The translations under genes and the position numbers were made by a program. 64,000 nt of DNA from an uncultured Candidatus Rokubacteria bacterium (GTDB lineage: Bacteria; Methylomirabilota; Methylomirabilia; Rokubacteriales; CSP1-6): the NCBI GenBank assembly GCA_963771355.1, contig CAVYTA010000006.1, positions 384,001 through 448,000 on the forward strand, read 5' to 3'. The notes under the pieces are model-generated. The model was not told where the DNA came from. It ran no database searches and was given only the letters and a program-made list of their open reading frames with translations. Numbering within the stretch: the first letter of the stretch is position 1; each line of letters opens with the position of its first letter. Positions 59,909-64,000 of this stretch are shown in pieces.

Positions 59909-60738
59909 GGGTGCACCCACACCGTCGCGCAGCCGGTGATCCACTCCGCCACCGGCTCGTAGGCGAGCACCTCGCCCTTCCACCCGGGCACCGCGCCCAG
60001 CAGCGCGATCCAGTTCCGGATCTCCTGCCCGCCGTTGCCGCCGTCTCGCTCGATCTCCTCCCAGGTGAGGCGGGCCAGAGGCGCCACGTCGCCGCGGGCG
60101 ATGTGGTCGAGCGCCCAGTGGTCCCAGTCGGGGTTGATGCGGCCGGTTTCCGGCGTGCCCACCCAGTGGGATAGTCCGCCGGTGGCGATCAGAGCCACGC
60201 GGCCGGGGGCGGCGCGGCCGCGCACGAAGTCACCCACGAACGCCCCTACCTCGAGGCAGCGGCGGGGCAGGGGGAGCGGCGGCGCCGCGCAGTTGGTGTA
60301 GACGGTCACCACGGGGACGGTGGCTTCCGGCAGCAGGAAGGACAGCGGCACCGACATCTCGTCCCAGCTCTCGATGTCGTGGGAATAGGCGAAGTCGATG
60401 CCGGCGGCGAGCCCCGCCTCGAGGAGCGCCATGGCCCACTCGGGATGGCCGCGCAGCGTGCGCGGCGTGAGGCGCATGAGGCCCGCGCCGCCCGGGCTCG
60501 GCGCCTCGTAGCTGCCGGCCAGGCCCACGCAGAAGGCGGGGAGATTGTCGTAAGCGAAGTTCTGCAGGTGATCGTTGACGAACATGACGAGCAGATCGGG
60601 GCGCGCGGCGGCCAGCCGTCGGCGCAGCTCATGGAAGCCGGCGTAGAGCCGGTCGCGCTGCTCCGGCCGCGAAACCTCCGGCTTCCCGGTGATGAGCGGG
60701 GCGTGTGCAGTCAGCGCGGCGGCGACGATCTCGGCCAT
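59905..60738 (-). CDS. Class III extradiol ring-cleavage dioxygenase catalytic subunit, LigB-like
   Basis: HAP, NDH, VPL, TGGLSH and GGQEIRNWIA motifs; SD GGGAGG. Confidence 0.88.
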   Translation of the reverse strand: MAEIVAAALTAHAPLITGKPEVSRPEQRDRLYAGFHELRRRLAAARPDLLVMFVNDHLQNFAYDNLPAFCVGLAGSYEAPSPGGAGLMRLTPRTLRGHPEWAMALLEAGLAAGIDFAYSHDIESWDEMSVPLSFLLPEATVPVVTVYTNCAAPPLPLPRRCLEVGAFVGDFVRGRAAPGRVALIATGGLSHWVGTPETGRINPDWDHWALDHIARGDVAPLARLTWEEIERDGGNGGQEIRNWIALLGAVPGWKGEVLAYEPVAEWITGCATVWVHP

Positions 60739-60825
60739 GCGGCCCTCCCGGTGTGACGACGGGGCCCACTTCAACATCGCCGCCGGTGGGTGTCAAGGTG
60801 CACGCCTGCATATATAATGACGCGC

Positions 60826-61953
60826 GTGAAGGGGAACGGCGCGAGCGCCAAGGGACTCCGGCAGGTCGCCTACTTCGACTGTCCCGGCGGCGGGCAGGTG
60901 GTGGTGGACGGCCACCTCGCCTGTATCGCGCACATGAAGGCCCCCCACGGCACGACCTTGGTCGATATTCGCGATCCTGCCTCTCCAAAGCGCGTGGCAA
61001 CACTAGATGTTCCGCCGGGCACGCACTCCCACAAGGTGCGCGCCGCCAACGGTCTCATGCTCGTGAACCGCGAGGGCCACGGCGCGGGCGCGACGGGACC
61101 CGGCGGGGCGGGCGGGCTCCTCATCTACGACGTGTCCACGCCGGCGCGGCCACGCGAGCTCGCGTTCTGGCGCTGCGGCGGCCTGGGCGTCCATCGCTTC
61201 ACCTTCGACGGCCGCTACGCCTATATCTCGCCCGAGATGGACGGGTACGTGGGCAACATCGTCATGATCCTGGACCTCGCCGATCCCGCGCGGCCGGTCG
61301 AGGTGGGACGCTGGTGGATGCCCGGTCAGTGGACGGGCGGCGGCGAGACGCCGGGCTGGAAGGGACGCCAGCATCGCTGTCACCATCCCATTCGCCTCGG
61401 CGATCGGCTCTACGTGAGCTACTGGCACGGCGGCTTCGTCATCCTCGACGTCGCCGATCTGGCCAAGCCGCGCTTCGTGTCCGGGCTGGACTGGAGCCCC
61501 CCGTTCCTCACGCCCACCCACACCGCGCTGCCGGTGCCGTTTCCGATCGCCGGCCGTCGGATCCTGATCGTCGCCGACGAGGACGTGGCCAAGCTGGAGC
61601 CGGGCCCGCCCTCCTTCCTGTGGCTGGTGGACATCACCGACGAGCGCCGGCCGGTACCGTTCGCGAGCTTCCAGGTCGACGGCATCGACGGAGGTCCGCA
61701 GCCGGAGTTCACCGGCTGTCACCAGCCCTCCGAGCGAGTGACCGGCACCGAGATCCCGGTGGCCTGGTTCGCCCACGGGCTGCGGATTGTCGACATCGCG
61801 AAGCCCCACGCGCCGCTAGAGGTCGCGCATTTCCTTCCCCCCGTCCCCGAGGGCCACGACCGCGTCTCCAGCAACGACGTGTGCGTGGACGATCGCGGGC
61901 TCATCTACCTGATCGACCGGGGCCGCGGACTGCACATTCTCGAGCGGGTGTGA
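60826..61953 (+). CDS. LVIVD repeat beta-propeller protein
   Basis: Repeated LVDIRDP, IYDVSTP, ILDLADP, ILDVAD and IVDIAKP; TATAAT (60813-60818) lies 7 nt before the GTG (alternative ATG at 60817). Confidence 0.85.
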   Translation: MKGNGASAKGLRQVAYFDCPGGGQVVVDGHLACIAHMKAPHGTTLVDIRDPASPKRVATLDVPPGTHSHKVRAANGLMLVNREGHGAGATGPGGAGGLLIYDVSTPARPRELAFWRCGGLGVHRFTFDGRYAYISPEMDGYVGNIVMILDLADPARPVEVGRWWMPGQWTGGGETPGWKGRQHRCHHPIRLGDRLYVSYWHGGFVILDVADLAKPRFVSGLDWSPPFLTPTHTALPVPFPIAGRRILIVADEDVAKLEPGPPSFLWLVDITDERRPVPFASFQVDGIDGGPQPEFTGCHQPSERVTGTEIPVAWFAHGLRIVDIAKPHAPLEVAHFLPPVPEGHDRVSSNDVCVDDRGLIYLIDRGRGLHILERV

Positions 61954-63572
61954 GCGCCGCGCCGTCGGACACCGCCGCGCCGCCCGACGAGGCCCCGATC
62001 GGGTCGGCCCGGAAATGGGCCATCACGGCCTCGGTGATGGTCGTCACGGTGATGCAGGTGCTCGACGTCACCGTGACCAATGTCGCGCTCCCGCATATCC
62101 AGGGCTCGCTCTCCGCGGGCGTGGACGAGGTGTCGTGGGTGCTCACGTCCTATCTCGCCGCCAACGCGGTGGTGCTGCCCGCCACCGGCTGGCTGGCGGG
62201 TGCGCTCGGCCGCAAGCGCCTCTTCCTCGGCTGCACCGTCATGTTCACCGCCGCCTCCGTGCTCTGCGGGCTGGCGCCGAACATCACCTGGCTCCTGGTG
62301 GCGCGTCTGCTCCAGGGCATCGGCGGGGGGCCGCTGATGCCGCTGTCGCAGGCCATCATGTGGGAGATCTTCCCGCTGCGGCAGCGCGGCATGGCGATGG
62401 CGGCGTGGGGGGTGGGCATCATGATGGCGCCCATCTTCGGCCCCACCCTGGGCGGCTGGATCTCGGACAACTGGTCCTGGCGCTGGATCTTCTACATCAA
62501 CGTGCCGATCGGCGTGCTGGGTCTGTTCGCGGCCAGCGCGGTGCTCTTCGATCCTCCGTATCTCAAGCGGCCCGGGCGGGTGGACGTGCTGGGCCTCGTC
62601 CTCATGGCGGTGGGCTTTCTCTCGTTGCAGCTCTTCCTGGATCAGGGTGAGCGCAACGAATGGTTCGAGTCCTATGCCATCATCGGGCTCGCCCTCCTTG
62701 CCTCCTCCACCCTGATCGGGTTCCTCCTGCGGTCGCTCACCGTGGACGAGCCCATCCTCGACCTCACCGTATACGCCGACCGCAACTTCGCCGCGTCCAG
62801 CCTCATCATGCTGGTGGTCATGATGGGCTTCTTCTCCAGCATGGTGCTGCTGGCGCTGTTCACCCAGCGCGTGCTCGGCTACGACGCCTGGACGTCCGGC
62901 CTGGTGCTGGCGCCGGGCGGGGTCGGCAACCTCCTTTCCCTGGTCATCGCGGGGCGGCTCATCACGAGAATCGACCAGCGCTGGCTGCTGGCACTGGGCT
63001 GCATTCTCAACGCCTATGCCGTCTACGTCATGTCCGAGGTCACGCTGGGGATGGACTACTGGTCGCTCGCCTGGCCGCGCTTCATCCAGGGCGCGGGCGT
63101 GGGCTTCATCTTCGTGCCGCTGAACACGGTGGCGCTCGCCACCATCGCGCGGGAGAAGATGGGCAATGCCACCGCCGCGCTCAATGTCGTCCGCAACCTC
63201 GGGGGGGCCATCGGAGTGGCGGTGATGACCACGCTTCTGGCCCGGCGGAGCCAGGAGCACCAGTCCACCCTCGTGGGCCACGTCAATATCTACGATCCCG
63301 AGACCGCGGAGCGCTTGCGCGTCTGGGCCCGGCACTTCACCGCCGCCGGCGCCGACGCCTTCACCGCCCAGAAGCAGGCGGTGGGCATGCTGTACCGCGA
63401 GGTCACCCGCCAGTCCGAGCTGCTCGCCTTTGCCGACGATTTCTGGATCCTGTTCGTGCTGTTCTGCGGGTCGCTCCTGCTCCTGCCGCTCCTCGAGCGG
63501 GTGCGGATCGATGCGCCCTCGAAGAAGCGCGGGGATCCGGCGGCGGAGCCGGCCCCCCTGATCGTGGAGTAG
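61950..63572 (+). CDS. DHA2 family (EmrB/QacA) MFS efflux transporter
   Basis: LD.TV.NVALP, WVLTSY, R.LQGIGGG, P..GP.LGG and WRWIFYINVPIG motifs; GTGA overlap. Confidence 0.93.
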   Translation: MSAAPSDTAAPPDEAPIGSARKWAITASVMVVTVMQVLDVTVTNVALPHIQGSLSAGVDEVSWVLTSYLAANAVVLPATGWLAGALGRKRLFLGCTVMFTAASVLCGLAPNITWLLVARLLQGIGGGPLMPLSQAIMWEIFPLRQRGMAMAAWGVGIMMAPIFGPTLGGWISDNWSWRWIFYINVPIGVLGLFAASAVLFDPPYLKRPGRVDVLGLVLMAVGFLSLQLFLDQGERNEWFESYAIIGLALLASSTLIGFLLRSLTVDEPILDLTVYADRNFAASSLIMLVVMMGFFSSMVLLALFTQRVLGYDAWTSGLVLAPGGVGNLLSLVIAGRLITRIDQRWLLALGCILNAYAVYVMSEVTLGMDYWSLAWPRFIQGAGVGFIFVPLNTVALATIAREKMGNATAALNVVRNLGGAIGVAVMTTLLARRSQEHQSTLVGHVNIYDPETAERLRVWARHFTAAGADAFTAQKQAVGMLYREVTRQSELLAFADDFWILFVLFCGSLLLLPLLERVRIDAPSKKRGDPAAEPAPLIVE

Positions 63573-63583
63573 GCTGGAGCCGC

Positions 63584-64000
63584 CTAGAGGTTCGGGAGCA
63601 CGCTGGCCGCGAAGAGCCAGGTGCCCTCGGGGCGGGGCGCGTCGGCGAAGTTCACGGTGAGCCGCTGCGCGCCCTGGGCGAGGATGCCCTGCAGGGCATC
63701 CGTCACCTGCGCCGGCGTGCCGGCCAGGCGAATGTCCCGCATGGGCCGGACATGGGGCGCGCTCTTGAGCCGCTCCACCTCGCGCTCGGTCTCGGCGATG
63801 AGGATGCCCACCCGCACCACCTGGGTGATGGTGTCGTAGTCGCGCCCGACCTCGCGGCAGTGCGCCTTCAGCACCTCCTGCTTGTGGGCATAGGTCGGCG
63901 CGTCCCGGAAGCTGTAGTTCCACCAGTCCGCGTGCTGGGCCACCGCCCGCAGCAGGTACTTCTCGCCGTGACCGCCCACCAGGATGGGGGGCACCGGGTC
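63584..64000 (-). CDS. LLM class flavin/F420-dependent oxidoreductase, C-terminal part (truncated by the window edge)
   Basis: PPILVGGHGEK..LR.VA.HAD.WN, C.EVGRD and GTP.QV motifs. Confidence 0.85.
   Translation of the reverse strand, partial: DPVPPILVGGHGEKYLLRAVAQHADWWNYSFRDAPTYAHKQEVLKAHCREVGRDYDTITQVVRVGILIAETEREVERLKSAPHVRPMRDIRLAGTPAQVTDALQGILAQGAQRLTVNFADAPRPEGTWLFAASVLPNL

Noticed and set aside
60791..60796. Perfect TTGACA on the minus strand upstream of the ligB-like gene
   Set aside because: No convincing -10 at 16-18 bp spacing, so it is not called as a promoter

Overview
High-GC (roughly 70% by eye), gene-dense bacterial chromosomal window with about 60 CDSs. It is dominated by solute uptake (TRAP, ABC substrate-binding proteins, MFS), oxidoreductases, hydrolases and aromatic or xenobiotic catabolism, plus two hybrid histidine kinases and three thiol-redox loci. 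The style resembles soil Rokubacteria/Methylomirabilota-type genomes (inference only). I found no rRNA, tRNA, CRISPR, phage or transposase. Highlights: (1) a selenoprotein missed by the ORF track (22673-23773, WASW-U-GC motif, in-frame UGA at 23084 followed by a SECIS-like hairpin), heading a translationally coupled operon; (2) a complete sigma54 promoter architecture (enhancer palindrome, IHF-like site, -24/-12) in the 48290-48730 intergenic gap that points at no gene but at a ~76-nt two-hairpin RNA, a candidate new sRNA; (3) an orphan terephthalate-dioxygenase-like alpha/beta pair; (4) a 32-bp duplicated promoter/start-codon module bracketing two genes; (5) a MoaD/ThiS-like protein with a masked diglycine inside a ligB-ligA-like operon; (6) many apparently leaderless genes and three intergenic tandem repeats. 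Five genes carry single +1 frameshifts, most likely long-read errors. Start codons were re-chosen by hand where the ORF track over-extends. Family calls rest on motif recognition, not database searches.
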